A stretch of DNA of 64,000 bases from Azolla caroliniana. Lineage: Eukaryota > Plantae > Polypodiophyta. The stretch covers positions 17,174,001 through 17,238,000 of the forward strand of contig JBHGNT010000013.1 in assembly GCA_043228905.1 (NCBI GenBank), written 5' to 3'. Made by a program: the position numbers and the translations under genes. Below are positions 13,732-37,256 of the stretch, piece after piece (the first letter of the stretch is position 1; every line of letters begins with the position of its first letter). A model generated the notes under the pieces. That model was not told the origin of the DNA and did no database searches. It saw only the letters and a program-made list of their open reading frames with translations.

Positions 13732-14268
13732 TTATCAACAATGTTTTTCAGTACGCATAATGTAGGAATCAACTTATAACTACTAGTCCCATGAATTCAA
13801 CATGCGATATTGAAAGTGATTCATCTACATGGTTACATTAACATTCGTTGGCAAGTAATTGTTGATAATTTTATTCAACATTTTCATGACAGTTTTTTAT
13901 GATGAGATGAGACATGTTGTCAATGTTTTTTTCATGAATTTGTGACAATCATGAAGAACATATGACACAAATAAAATTTACTTTGCTATATAAGATCCTC
14001 ACTATTGTAGGGAAACAATAGGTGTTTGTAATGTTATATTGTTATTTTATTTATTTATCTATTTATTTACTTACTTACGTACGTACTTACTTATTTATAT
14101 TTATATTTATATTTATATAATAGATAGATAGATCAGTGGGAAAGCAATAAGTTTCATAAACATTGGCAGTAAAAGTAAGTCACAACATTCCATTCCATTA
14201 TGAATGTTTATGATAAAAGAGTACCCATAGACACGTTTGTAAAGATAACATGGTCGAGTAGGCATGAA

Positions 14269-14510
14269 CAAATTTAAATTCTTAGATTACTAAATTTTAA
14301 GAGCTAGTTTTATATAACAATTTTGCTTCCTCAAAGTACAAAAATGGGAAGTACATGGATTTATTACATCATTGCACTAGTCTCCTCATGTCAACAAATT
14401 TAAATTCTTAGGTTAGTAAGTGTTAAAAGCTAGTTCTAATATAACATTTTTGCTTTCTCACAATACAAAATGGGATGACAATTATGGTTAAGTATATGGA
14501 TTTATTACAT
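14269..14510. repeat. Degenerate ~126-bp tandem duplication
   Basis: CAAATTTAAATTCTTAG...ATGGATTTATTACATC occurs twice. Confidence 0.7.
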
Positions 14511-14720
14511 CCTTAACATTAATCTCCTAGAGTTATTTCATCACATCCTTGAACCACCTCAATGGAATCAAGTAATCTTTATACAAACTTCAACTACTTT
14601 TTCATCAATTACTAAAGGTTGTCATATAATGTAATAATATATTCACTTATGTTGTCCAATCTTAATCTATGATTCATTCATTTTCAACATGATTAAATTG
14701 TTTTTTGATTAACACCCTTG

Positions 14721-14763
<43 letters not shown>

Positions 14764-15387
14764 AGGTCATGCCTTCTTGCACTTTCTTAAAATCCAAGCC
14801 CTAAATGTACACTATTCTACCTTGATATTACCTCCACTCATATCGACAATTCAAAGATAACCACATTCACGGTAGGTGGTTTTAGCATAATTGGCTTTAA
14901 TGCATGTTATCAAATAAACGACATGTGCATTTTGGGCAATTGGTTTAGAAGAAACCATCTCTAATGTTTTTTTGTACTTCATCTTCTTTATTTATTGCAT
15001 TTGTTAAGAGTATCAAATGTTTAAAAAAATTGTAGGAAATTAAGAGTATCAAAGGGCATAGGGTAAAGGGTTTTTGGCTTCACAATTTAGGGCTTAAGGC
15101 TGGATGTTTATTGTAAAGGAAGGGCTAACCCTAGACTTTGGTCCCATGGTATGAATTTCTACATAATATTTACATGGTAAGTATTTTTCTTTAGAGATCT
15201 CAATGTAAAAGAGAAAAAAAATAGTTACAACATCTTAGCTTTGAAATTAGACTTACTAACATTTATGGCTCGAATAATACAAACTTCCGTAGGTAGAAGA
15301 AAATGAACCATTTTAGGATAGGCAACGCAGACCAAGAAAAGATAACCATAGAGAAATAAAAAAAAAACATGCGAATTGACAATTTAC

Positions 15388-15501
15388 GCCCTCAAGATCA
15401 CTCCAAGAAGGCTTTTCATCGGCCATTTTGAAGACCATGCATCCGAGGCTCCAAATGTCCACCACGAAAGTTGTAACAATTGTTTGGTGTGCTTTAAGCA
15501 C
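15388..15501 (-). pseudogene. Orphan degenerate exon of a MAPKKK (YODA/MAP3K-alpha-like, kinase subdomain IX)
   Basis: VDIWSLGCMVFKMADEKPSWSDLEG followed by a GT donor resembles VDIWSLGCTVLEMATxKPPWSQYEG. The acceptor is degenerate and no other kinase exons are recognisable nearby. Confidence 0.65.
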
Positions 15502-16790
15502 TTGCATTGTTTTCCCATTGAAGGTTCGAATCAAACTCGATTAAAAAACCTACCCATGACATTGTCACAACTTCAAAGGATTAGTTACAAAAATCAATAA
15601 ATAAAAGTCGCCAAGCTTGCTTGATAGGTGCGAGATATCAATCACATGAAATTTTGTTTCAACAATAGAGACGGTGTATAGAATATCTGAAAACAGTTCA
15701 TATATACATGTATATATACTTTGGGTGAATCCCCAAATGAGAGAAAAAGGGGATAAATTGATCATACAAGAACTCAAATAGCACATATCATAGTGAAACA
15801 AGATGAACTAGCCACATAATCACTTGGATACATGTATGCATGTACATTTGTCATGTGTGGGCCATGCATAAATATATGCATATCACATACATACATGTAT
15901 ATATACGCTACAAGTTACATGCATATGTGTGTGTATGTATGTATGTATGCATATTCTGCAACTTGGAGACATCACACTGCAAATTTACACTCTTTACTTT
16001 TGAGTGCTTCTAAGCTCTTTAGTGTTTAATCGACACTTGTATACTTCTCTTTATTCTTTGTGGGTTTTCACCTCACTTTGAGGTTTCCTAGTAGTAATAA
16101 AAGTGTAAATAAATAAATAAAAATGTATGTATGTATGTCCATATGAATGCATGCATGCATGAATGTATGTATGTATGCAAAAATGTATGTATACACGGAT
16201 AAGGAGGGACAGGAAGCTAAACAATGTCCATCCCATGAAAATATGAGCCCTATCTATTATTAGAAGATTGGATGTTTTCTCTTTTGTTTGTATGAGCCTC
16301 TTGGATTACTTTTGTTGAGTTATAGACATTAGGAAGAACAAGTCTAGACATGTATGAGGAATACATTAACACAATTAATAGAATCAATGATATTTACCTT
16401 AACAACTTATTCTCACCAGAATCGGAAAGCTTCACTTTTCCATTCACATCAACCAAAAATTTGCACACTTTATATCCCTTACACAGGACAAGTCATAACC
16501 ATAGTTAAGAACCTTGCGTTACGATTTAAAATGAGGCATTATGTGTTAAAACACAAGTGAATGTATTGCATGTATAACTAGATTCTTTGTTTCTCCAATT
16601 TGTGACTTGTGTCAGTCAGTCCATATCGTGCATGACCTTAACAACTCTTGTCACATATATAATCAAAACCTGCAGAAAGGCTAGATATATATAACTAGAA
16701 GAGTGTGATACTAACAAATTTTTGGGAAAACATAAGAAAGGAAGTTGTGAATTGTTTTTTAGGAATGCAAGTATTCAAGCCCGAGGAGGA

Positions 16791-17002
16791 TTTATTGTGT
16801 GTAATCTTCGTATCATATGATCCTCGAAACACTTATATTGCTGAAGTTCTAATGTTAGGGACCCCGTCCTCTCAAGCTAGAGTCCTATTTGATAAAATTT
16901 ATTGTGTGAACTTCGTATCATATGATCCTCAAAACACTTATATTGCTGAAGTTCTAATGTTAGGGATCCCGCCCTCTCAAGCTAGAGTCCTATTTGATAA
17001 AA
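16791..17002. repeat. ~107-bp tandem duplication
   Basis: TTTATTGTGTG...CTATTTGATAAAA occurs at 16791 and 16898. Confidence 0.9.
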
Positions 17003-19085
17003 GTAAATCTACTAAAATCGGCAAGAAAGCAACATTGAGAACCTCAAATACCACTTAAGAAGTATGAGCACAAGGAGCAATAACTTTATTTAACTCACTA
17101 TGGAGCTTCGATAATAATAAACAATGTTTGGGTGCTCTAGCTTGTTTAAGATGGTTGCTTCCTACATACAACAAACGAGCATTTAATTATCACTTGATTA
17201 GATTGATGATAACAACACCAACTCACTCTTTGATTAAAGAGACAAAGACATTGGTTGAAACAAAGATTATTCAAAGCAAGGTTTTCTAGTATGTATAGAA
17301 GATGGAAAATGTGATTAATCTATGCCAAGTATTATTAACCCAAGGTAAAATATCCCTATAACATTTGGGTGATGTCCTGTACCTGATAGTATCCAACTAG
17401 AATCTTAAGAGCTTAGGGTTGATTTTAGATGGCAACATCATATAACACATTGTGTATTTACTTTACCTGTTGGATTTTAGGAGATGCATTCTCACTTTGA
17501 CAACAAAAAAAAAACTCCCATCTTCCCATCATCATCACACCAATGTTGGGATGAATATTCGTAGATGAATCCACCAACTCGCAAATCATGAGTAGTATCC
17601 ATTAAACAATGTGATGATGGAAAAGCCTCATATTAACAACAAGGAAGAGATTTGAAGTCAGATGGATGTGTACATGATTGGTCATTCTTTGACCATCACA
17701 TGTTACATTATGTATCTACAACCTCTATGAAAGGTGACCAATGCATTTAGTCTTTTTGACATTACCACAAACCAATAGGACTTTTTGGTTGATGCCAGTA
17801 GACTATGGTAATGTCTGGAAGAGGCAAAGGGAAGGTTTGTTTGGCATGATTCTCGTGTTGTTTCAGGTTGCCTTTATACTTGTCCAATGTTTCTCTTTTT
17901 GTGGTGTGACAGTTTATTTTGCGAGAATGCATAAGGTGTGATTGTATGTGACCTGTTGTGTATTTGATGATGATTATGACAATTCATGGTAATTTTAGAG
18001 GTCACCACAAATTCTCTTACATTGAGGACATGATGCAACTAAATGCTTTACAACCACGTGGATAACATTAGCTATGTCCAGAGTACCCATTGTACATAGC
18101 CTTTAGACTTAACCTTGCAGTCAACATAAACCTCTTCTTCTTCTACTTCTTCTTCTTCTACTTCTTCTTCTTCCAGTATGTTATGAGCGACATCCTGGCT
18201 GCCATTTCCAAATCTAAGCAAGCAGATTTAATCCTTTTCTTCACCATTCCATGATGCCAATATGTTTCCATGGTCATGGTCACGATCTTGGTCTTGGTAT
18301 TGGTCTCGGTGTTGGTCATGGTCTTGGTCATGGTCGTCCCAAGCGTGTGGCCAGGTGTTCTTGCCATATGGGACTTGCATCACACATTCGTTTAGATGAT
18401 GATGATATGTACGAGTCCCCTTCCAAGCCATGTATATGGCGTGTGAATTCATTTGTCGAGGGGCACATGGACCTTTTTGGGGATCTTTAATAAATTGTTG
18501 TCTGAGCAAGCTTCTAACCTTCAATGCCTTAGGAGAGTTTGGGAGCTTATGAATAATGGCGAGGGTTTCAACATTTCATCTGATATATACCCTATGTGTT
18601 GCCTTGAGTTTCAAACTTGTAAGGTTCGTGACGCATTTTTAACATCCTGGGCTTGGTATATCGATGATCTTGGTGTGTGGTCTCGGTTTATGCACTCATC
18701 TTCATCACTCATACGCTTTCCCCCCTCATTAGTCATTCTCTCGTGCAATTTTATTTCGAAAATCTCCATTAGAATATCTAGGAAGAAGGTTGTTGCTTTT
18801 TCGGAAAATGCATCTCACAATGTTGGGAAGAATGAGTGATTGAGATAAAACTAACAAAAGAAAGAAACAATAAAAAAAGTTGCAAGAAAGTTGTTTTCCC
18901 TTGTATGACAAATATCCTAACTTCAACAATATTGATTCAAGAGTGCAAAATAGGATTGACATCAATAACGTTTTAAGGAAATTCTAAACAAGATGTTGAG
19001 GTAACAAATTTGATTATGGCTTCTATCATGACCCCAAATATAGCTTGGTATTTTTGTTTTGTGAAATTGGTTGCATTTTATATTA

Positions 19086-19398
19086 GGGAAAAGTACCAGG
19101 ATACCCCTGGAAGTTTGTCTATTTACCAAAATGCCCCTAAAAGTTCCAATTTTACCAAACTACCCCTATGTCCAAAAAATTACACTTTATAAAGTAATTA
19201 TACACTCAAATCTACAAGCCCTATTTACCAAAGATGGAAGAAATGGACCTGAACTAGCCCTATTTGCCAAAGATTTGAGTGTATAATTACTTTATAAAGT
19301 GTAATTTTTTGGACATAGGGGTAGTTTGGTAAATTTGGAACTTCCAGGGGCATTATGGTAAATAGACGAATTTCCAGGGGTACCCTGGTACTTTTCCC
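19086..19398. mobile_element. Mutator-like MITE (313 bp, foldback)
   Basis: 128-bp TIRs at 19086-19213 and 19271-19398, beginning GGGAAAAG and ending CTTTTCCC. Perfect 9-bp TSD TTTATATTA at 19077-19085 and 19399-19407. Confidence 0.95.
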
Positions 19399-19799
19399 TT
19401 TATATTATAACCTTCTTTGGTATTGAAACTATTTAGTTTGAACCTCATATGCACTCATTTTTGCCTGCCCATGTGTTACGAAGGCGTGCATGACTAGTAG
19501 GTTGAATGTGGACAAACCCACGGTTGGATCAAGTCGCGCTAGTCATGGTTTGTACATGGACATGGGTTTTGTGATTGCATCCAATAAAATAACGTCTTTG
19601 CTTTGTTAAAGTCACACACATTCTCTTAGCATGCACATGCATACACTTCATTGTCTTTCTTATCGAATTGTGATGCATATTACACAATTATCACAACAAA
19701 ATCAACATTTATTGCCTTGTGTCATGTGGCCAATAAAGCTTCTCATAGGGCACTCGTTGGGTTATGGCATACATCTTTGAAGGTGAAAGCTTATGCATT

Positions 19800-20140
19800 A
19801 CATCCTCGTCATGTTGCGAGCATGGGAAAATATTGGCATTGCATCATAAATCATCACATTCATTATTTGAAGGTTGTGAGATCTACTTCATATTCTAGAG
19901 TCAAATCACACTGGCACAATCTTTTACAAACAAAAATATATTTGTGCAATACATTCTCTACTAGTGTATTTTATGAGCCTTGTTTTTGTTATGAGGTTTG
20001 TAACCAAGAACACGTTCAACACCATTCCATGCATGTTAGGTTGTTGAGGAAATAAATATGAGATTCATTTCCTATAGCATATTACGCTGATAGTTTATTT
20101 TACTCGCTTTATTGGCCATTATTTGTTGCAATGTGTTCTC
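19800..20140 (-). mobile_element. Degenerate MULE/FAR1-like transposase remnant
   Basis: Broken reading gives ATNN (TNNxxES-like motif) near 20120 and YEVDLTTFK..ECDD...IFPCSQH (SWIM-finger-like) at 19810-19896. Many stops and frameshifts. Confidence 0.4.
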
Positions 20141-21662
20141 AGTATTGTGTGGCACAACCTCAGAGACATGTTTTTGTCCCACCTGAAAACAAAAGATTGT
20201 AGAGCAAATTGCAACGAGATAAATTTTTTCATGTATTACCCCTTCCAAATGGTCGCGTTGTTCCATCAATGGCCTATAAATCATAACATTCTTTCTTCTT
20301 TTGTCCGAAAATAACAAGATTAGGATATGAGATAGGTCAAAACTTTCTATAAACGGAAATGCCATTCACTTGATGAAGTTTGTTAATTGGAAAGCTAGGA
20401 TGTAACCATGAACTATTTGGAAATTGGAAGGACATGCACCATCTTTGATTGGCATATAATCATAAATGAACTACAAAAAACATGGATTCAAATTGTGCTC
20501 CCATTTTGTAGTTAATGAATGAGTATGCTTGGACACCCTAAAATAGACAAAGTCATATCGTTTGAATTGCACATGACAATGGTTTTTGTCCATGAATGTA
20601 TCAACAAAATCTTATGCCATCTTGACATTATCATGGGCCACTCATAACATGCAACCCATTTCTCAACAAAAAACTTTAACTTTTAACAAAATCCCTTTTT
20701 GCAATGCCAATAGTGTAGTTGCACATGGTTGAAATACCATACACAAGCATCAAAGGACAAAAACTCGTAACAAAGCATGCAACATAATTGCACGCAAACA
20801 CTAGAAGCAAATATAATATTACCAATTAGTTCACTTAATGATTAACATATATTGAAAGCATATATTTGAGTTAATCGTGAAGTCATTCAAGATGTCCATA
20901 TGTTTGCAAATGATCGCATGTGCTAAAAACGAGAATAGGCTCAAGTGTTTATTGAGCACGCCACATTACAAGTATCATGGTAAACATATGATCTCGGTCA
21001 CTTACTATAGGAAGATGTTAATTCGTGCAACGAATAATATATTCCACAAACAAAGTGCGTTAATTCAATGATAAAAACACGTAATTATATAGCGCAACTA
21101 AACATGTTTCAGAGCCATTTTCCCACATATTATTTAGAAACTGAGAAGAACGGAATCACACACAAGCACCCGTAAGAATTGATGATAATGTGAGGTACAC
21201 AATCTTGGATGGTGAGCTCGAGCTCCTTACGAAGATATGCAGACTTGAGCTTTTACAGGAGCTCCTAAGGCGAGGGTTAGCCGCAGGGTGAAACAGGTAA
21301 TGTGCTTCGTGATGTCGAGCCCCTCGACAACAAACGATCATTGTGAGCTATATCATGGTTCCGATGCAACTTTGATCGATTGATCGAAATCAATCAAAGC
21401 AAATGTGAGGATCGATTGATCAATCAAAATCAATCAAAGCATGCATCGATCGATCGAAATCAATCAAAGCAAATGTCTAGGGACAGATTTCTACACACTA
21501 CTACTTCTATCAGGAAAAGGGGATTGGGGGGACAAAAATGGAAATTTCCAAAACTAAATAGGGCTTTCATAGATTTTATTCTCTTGTGTGCTTCTTCTTC
21601 TTCTTCTTCTTACCTTCTTCTTGCTCTGCTATAAATTTTTTTTCTTTCTTTTTCATCCATTT

Positions 21663-22026
21663 TAGGGTTTGTGAAGCTCTGTTCTGTTCCTCTCTACCTG
21701 AGAGTGAGCACACAGACCAGACAGACCCCTTCCTCCCCCTCTTCTTAGAGCCTTTCTGCAAGTCCTCCCGCTCAGCAGGAATGGTAGCTCTTCCTTCCTC
21801 TTTCTCTTGTGCAAAGAATCGCCTTTACTTCGCTTCAGGCTTTCTATAAAGCTCTGCCTACAAATCGTCAAAATCTTTTTCTTTTTTTTGGGGAGGGGGA
21901 GGGTGTTTGTAGTAAAACCCCTCCTTGCAGCTCGCCTGATCTGAAAAATTAGGGTTTGTGCCACTTTAGGTTCTGCTTAAAACCCTCGGCATCTAAACCC
22001 GCATTTAAACTTCCCCTGAAACCCTA
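21663..22026 (+). promoter_or_regulatory. Telo-box cluster in the helicase promoter/5' UTR
   Basis: TAGGGTTT at 21663 and 21950, AAACCCTA at 22019, in a pyrimidine-rich leader. Telo-boxes are typical of plant RNA-processing and translation genes. Confidence 0.55.
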
Positions 22027-22117
22027 GTAATTTTTCTGAGAACTAGATTCCATAAACCTCAACTGAGTCCTCTTGAAGAAGTGATCCGACGATCCAGATC
22101 TCTCATTTTTTGGTGGG

Positions 22118-32105
<9,988 letters not shown>

Positions 32106-32582
32106 ACATTTCATCTTCCATCATTTCTGAGCTGATGGTAATTCTAACTTGATTTTTACAGAAACAAAGTTAAAAAACGGATCTGGTTTTCCAGTGGATG
32201 GGGTTACAGTTTGATCTTAGTTATCTTTTTTGAAGCATTTTTGACTGTTTCCTTCTTTGATAGTGCAACCAATCAATATAAGCTTCAGTTATTGCTGTCT
32301 CGATCATACATATATTTGTGGATACCTATTATGAGATCAAGGAGAGTTTTGAAACCACGAGCTCTAGCCAGAGTATACAACTTACGCTTTGATAATGAAT
32401 AGGTTTTGTTTCTTTTGGGTTGTTTGGGACAAGGAATGTACTTTTTTATGCAAGTAAGCTGGCTTGATTAAAAATGGTGTATAAATCTTTAAACAATATC
32501 ATCTTTGCTCAGATGTCTTAATGTCTTGTAAGGCTTTAATTAAGTTCATGTTTGTTTCTTGAGAGCTCAAAATGTCTGGACT

Positions 32583-32620
<38 letters not shown>

Positions 32621-33317
32621 GATACATGATTAAGCTTTGACCCCGTTTTGTTCAATCATCAAAGCTACAATATTCCCATTAAGAGCTAATTTTCTTGATT
32701 TTTTGTCATGAAATTAACTGGATACAGTGTTTTTTGCTTACAGTAAAAGATATGCGTACCTTGTCTTAGTGTATCTGTAGACAAATAGTTAAAGCTCTTA
32801 TCAGTCTGTGCTATGCATTCCATGCTTTTCTTTTTAAAAGGCTTTTATGAAGTTTACATGATAACACTACTCTGACAGTGAATTAGACAACTTCCAAACA
32901 TTGTGGCCAATTACTCTATTGTAAGGGTAGTCAGCTCGTTCTGGACAAATTGTGACCTCTAATGAAATGTTAAAATGCTTGATGTCTAGATTTCCTGGAA
33001 GACCTGATTGTTGTGATGAATACAATTTGGTGCGCTTAATATGTACCATTGTGGTTGTAACTTGTATTATATTCCAAAAACAGCAAACATAGCATTCTCA
33101 GTTCACCTAATATTTAAAGCTAATATGATAAATAATTTAATTTGAATGCTAACTTAATATTTACAGTAATGTACTTCCATGTCCACATACAACCATTCAG
33201 ATTGAATGATATAAGTAAAATTAGAAAGAATTTCCTTATCCAATGTCTCTAAATCAAGGCACGAACATATGCATATTGAAATTCTTTCTTGGATTGCATA
33301 TGAAGAGATGTGTTGAA

Positions 33318-36300
33318 CTAAATTTGTTTTATCTCACCACTATCTTCATTACTCATGTTTTGCTCATTGCTATTGAATGCTAATGGTTTCAGTGTCCATG
33401 TCAGAAATGCGTTATCTTGATCATTGCCTTCTGATGAATCATACATCATGCCAGAAACGGGCTTCATAACGTGGTTGAAATCTAGTTGAAATGCATCCTC
33501 CTCCAATGCCCTAACAATCTGTTGATTCATTCAGAAAGGTATGTCACGTGAACAATAAGTTTAGCTGCTAACGCATGAAACTACATATTGATACCAAATC
33601 TAAAATCAAGCCTAAATGACACAGACTACATTTTGATATGGTCACACACAATGATGCAATTCGACATTCATCACATTCGCCATTATGTGAGCAGTAGAAA
33701 TAAGAAAACTTTTCAGAGATTGTAAATAACTTGAAAACTACATGTAACTTAACATTATTTACCTGTCCCCATGATGTGAGCAGTAAAAATAAGTTAAAAA
33801 CTTTTACAGAGAGTGTAAATAACTTGAAAACGAAATGCAACTTACATCACATTATATACCTGTCCCATCTTTGGTCGCATTCTCGAGCACTGGCAAATGC
33901 ATCTGGCAGCTATATCAACCACCCTTAACAGTTCCTTTGGATTGTATTTACTTCCCAAAGAAGGATCTGCTAATAAATGCAAGTCTTCTTCTGAGTATAT
34001 TTGTGTTAGTCGAGATTGGGCCTGCGTAATCATTGCCTCATGATAAACTGAGAATCAATATCATATTATCACCTACTAAAATCACATTATTTTCCAGCCA
34101 ATATTTACACATTCCTCTGCTGCTTTGCTTTACAATAGACATAAATGACTGAAATCACAGTCTTCATTTTGTTGCTTCTGCTTATGCAAATATGATTTAA
34201 AACCACATTAATTTCAACATACCCATTCTACAACACTCTCTTCACCAAATGGTTGTGATAAATCCACTGGTTTTCTTCCAGTTATAAGTTCAAGTAGAAC
34301 AACCCCGAACGAATACACATCAGATTTCTCTGTAACCTTCCCACTTGATGCATATTCAGGAGCTAAATACCTGGGGTAAACATTATTGTTAAATTTAGCT
34401 AGACAAAATAGCAAGCCCATGCAAAGACTTCTTTAGTTTTTCTTAAAATACTAGGGTTGTACGAAAAACATCAAAATACCCTTGAATTTCAAAAATTCAT
34501 AGAAAAACCCCCCTTCTAATACAAATTCAGTACATAATGTAGGGATTCTAGAACGTTTCTGAAAACTTGGGAGTGCTTTTGTGTTTATATCCATGATGGT
34601 AAAAGAAGTACCCAAATGTTCCCATAACGCGAGTGGTCACATGTGTTAATGCATCCGATGTAAGCTTTGCTAGTCCAAAATCAGAGACCTAATAAGCCAA
34701 AGTCTTTTTATAAGCCCCCTTACACTATAATAGATTGATTTCATCTTTGGAATGTTATGCAATTCGGTATTGAATCTTACCAGAGCCTCAAAATTACTAT
34801 CCAATAAAATGTTCGAAGATTTGATGTCACGATGAATGATTCGGGGGTGACCTGACTTTGGATACAAAAGATGATCAAAATGTACCTAACTAGTTTTGAT
34901 GCAATATAAGCAAACTATTTAAAAATACAAAGAGAGTCATTCGGCTTATTACAATCTTCATGGAGATATGCAAGACCCCGAGCTGATCCTATTGCAATTC
35001 TCAATCTGGTTTGCCAATCCATGATAGGTCCACCCCTTTTTCCTGTAGAGACAAATCTTTATGCAATCTAAATAAACATGCGGTAAAAAGGAAGCCTGAA
35101 CAATAATTGCGTTTTCTCGTAGAGACAAGCTCCAACAAAGATATATCACATCAAGTCAAGTGTTTTTTTAGGGTTCAAATCTAAGAGATGAACCTTTAAG
35201 GAAGTCAAGACAAAACTGGGGTGCAGAGTCCAGACTAGGGTTTATGATTTAGGCTAATATGATGAAGACTTCTGAATTCAAATGGTGCTTACGGTATAGA
35301 TGTTGATCCAAGGTTCCGTTGGGTACATATTCATAGACAAGAATTCGATGCGTTTCGACTTTGCAATATCCCACGAGTGAAACGAGATGTCGGTGATGAA
35401 CTCGGCTAATGGTTTCCATTTCTGCATGGAACTCTTTCTCTCCTTGGGCTCCTCCAATCCTCAGTTGCTTGATAGCCACAACCTTCCCACCTGAAAGGGT
35501 ACCTTTATAGACGCATCCGAAACCACCTTCCCCAATAAGATTCGATGTTGAGAAACCATTGCTAGCTCGTACAAGATCGTCATATGAGAACAAGATCAAG
35601 CTGTTGGGAGTTGCCTTCAATGGAGTTGGAGGGGACACATGATAACGAGTTTGATCAAAATTATGTAAGTCATGCTTGACATTTTGCTGATAGGATGCTG
35701 AGTTCGATAGAGCTCCAGGTGTAACTGTAAATGCATCATCTTAATATGTAAGTGTATGTGGATTGATCACCATGGCATCAAAATCATCATGGGTATCATC
35801 ATATAACATTCTACATAAAGACATGCACAACACATATTCACATCCAAATCCTCATCTAAATCCATATACACATATGTATGCAAGCTGAGACATGAATCAT
35901 GAATCATGATGCATGTGTGTGTGTGTGTGAATCTGAGAAAATTTTGCCAAATAACGTCAAGTTCCTCATACCTTTATTAATCTTCTTGTAGGCACAGGGC
36001 CACTCCTGAAACCTCAATGTCTTTCTCCTTCTGTACAGAAGGCAGCAGACTAAGATGAATATCGTGTACAAAATGATGCATCCGACAGAGATAATGGCTA
36101 TGGCTCCGGTAGTGGAGGTCAAGGTCGAGGAAACATGGTGCTGTGGATTGATAGCAAAGGAGTGAGGTTGCGCCTGAGGGGGGTTGATAATAAAGGAACG
36201 AGGAGATGCCAGAGTGGGCGAGGAATGAAGAGGGTTTACAGTAGATGAATGAGAGGGGGGAAATGCCGAAGTAATTTCTGATGATAGAGGAGGTGGACCA

Positions 36301-37256
36301 AAAGAAGTGGATATTATGTGTGGTGATGGGCCAACTGGTGATGGAGCTAGTAGTTCTGGAGGTGAACTTGGAGGTGTTTTCGGGGGTGGGGGCAGCTGGG
36401 AGATAATTGGCTTGATATGGCTAGCTAAAACAGAGGATTGCATTGTTGAAGAAGGGGACGGAGATGGTGATATTGAATACGTTGATGGTGGTGGCGATGG
36501 AGATGATGTTGATGCGAATGCCAAATATGTTGGTGGTGAATCTGGCAATCCCGATGGCAATGGCAATGGCAATGGTGATGGTGATGGTGATGGTGATGGT
36601 GATGGTGATGTTGACACCAAATATGTCTTTGGCATTGGCAATGGTGATGGTGATGGCGATGGCGATATTGATGGCGATGCCAAATGCAAATATATTGGTG
36701 ATGGTGATGGTGATGACAATGGCGATTGGGATGGGGATAGCATAGGCAATGGCAACGGAGACTGTGAAGATGATGATGGCGATGACGATTGGGATTGGGA
36801 TTGGGATGGGGATAACATAGGCAATGGCAACGAAGACGGTGAAGATGGTGATGAAACAGGGGAATTGGAATAAGCCGAGGAAGGTGAAGGTGGAGTGATC
36901 ATTGGCTCACTGGGGCCGATGAAAGGAGTGCTTAATAAGGATCCACTTGGGTAATTAATGGAAGGGGAAACAGGGGAATTTCTGGATACAGAAGTTAGTT
37001 GGGAGGGTGCATAAGCACTATTTGTTGGGCTTATGATATAATCAGATGATGATGATGATGTTGCAATCATTGACGATAATGAGGCTGGAGCTGAAATATC
37101 TGGTATTGTATCAACACTACTACTATATAGATGCCTGTGGTGGTGGCAATGGCCACTGCCACTGCCTGATGTGGAGCATTGGATTGATGATGACTGTGGC
37201 AAACCAACAGTTGAATCAATGTCATAATCATCAATATGGCCTCTTCGGATCGACAT
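33318..37256 (-). CDS. PERK: Proline-rich extensin-like receptor kinase (PERK family), about 821 aa
   Basis: Exons on the minus strand: 37256-35972, 35724-35293, 35042-34953, 34851-34781, 34688-34612, 34370-34223, 34021-33860, 33518-33318; GT-AG and in frame (2466 nt). Ser/Pro-rich ectodomain with no signal peptide, a TM helix followed by RRRK, then [36 protein letters not shown]. Confidence 0.92.

Noticed and set aside
36307-36873. 188-aa GD/GN-repeat ORF on the + strand
   Set aside because: Antisense shadow of the PERK (SP)n repeat; low-complexity codons lack stops.
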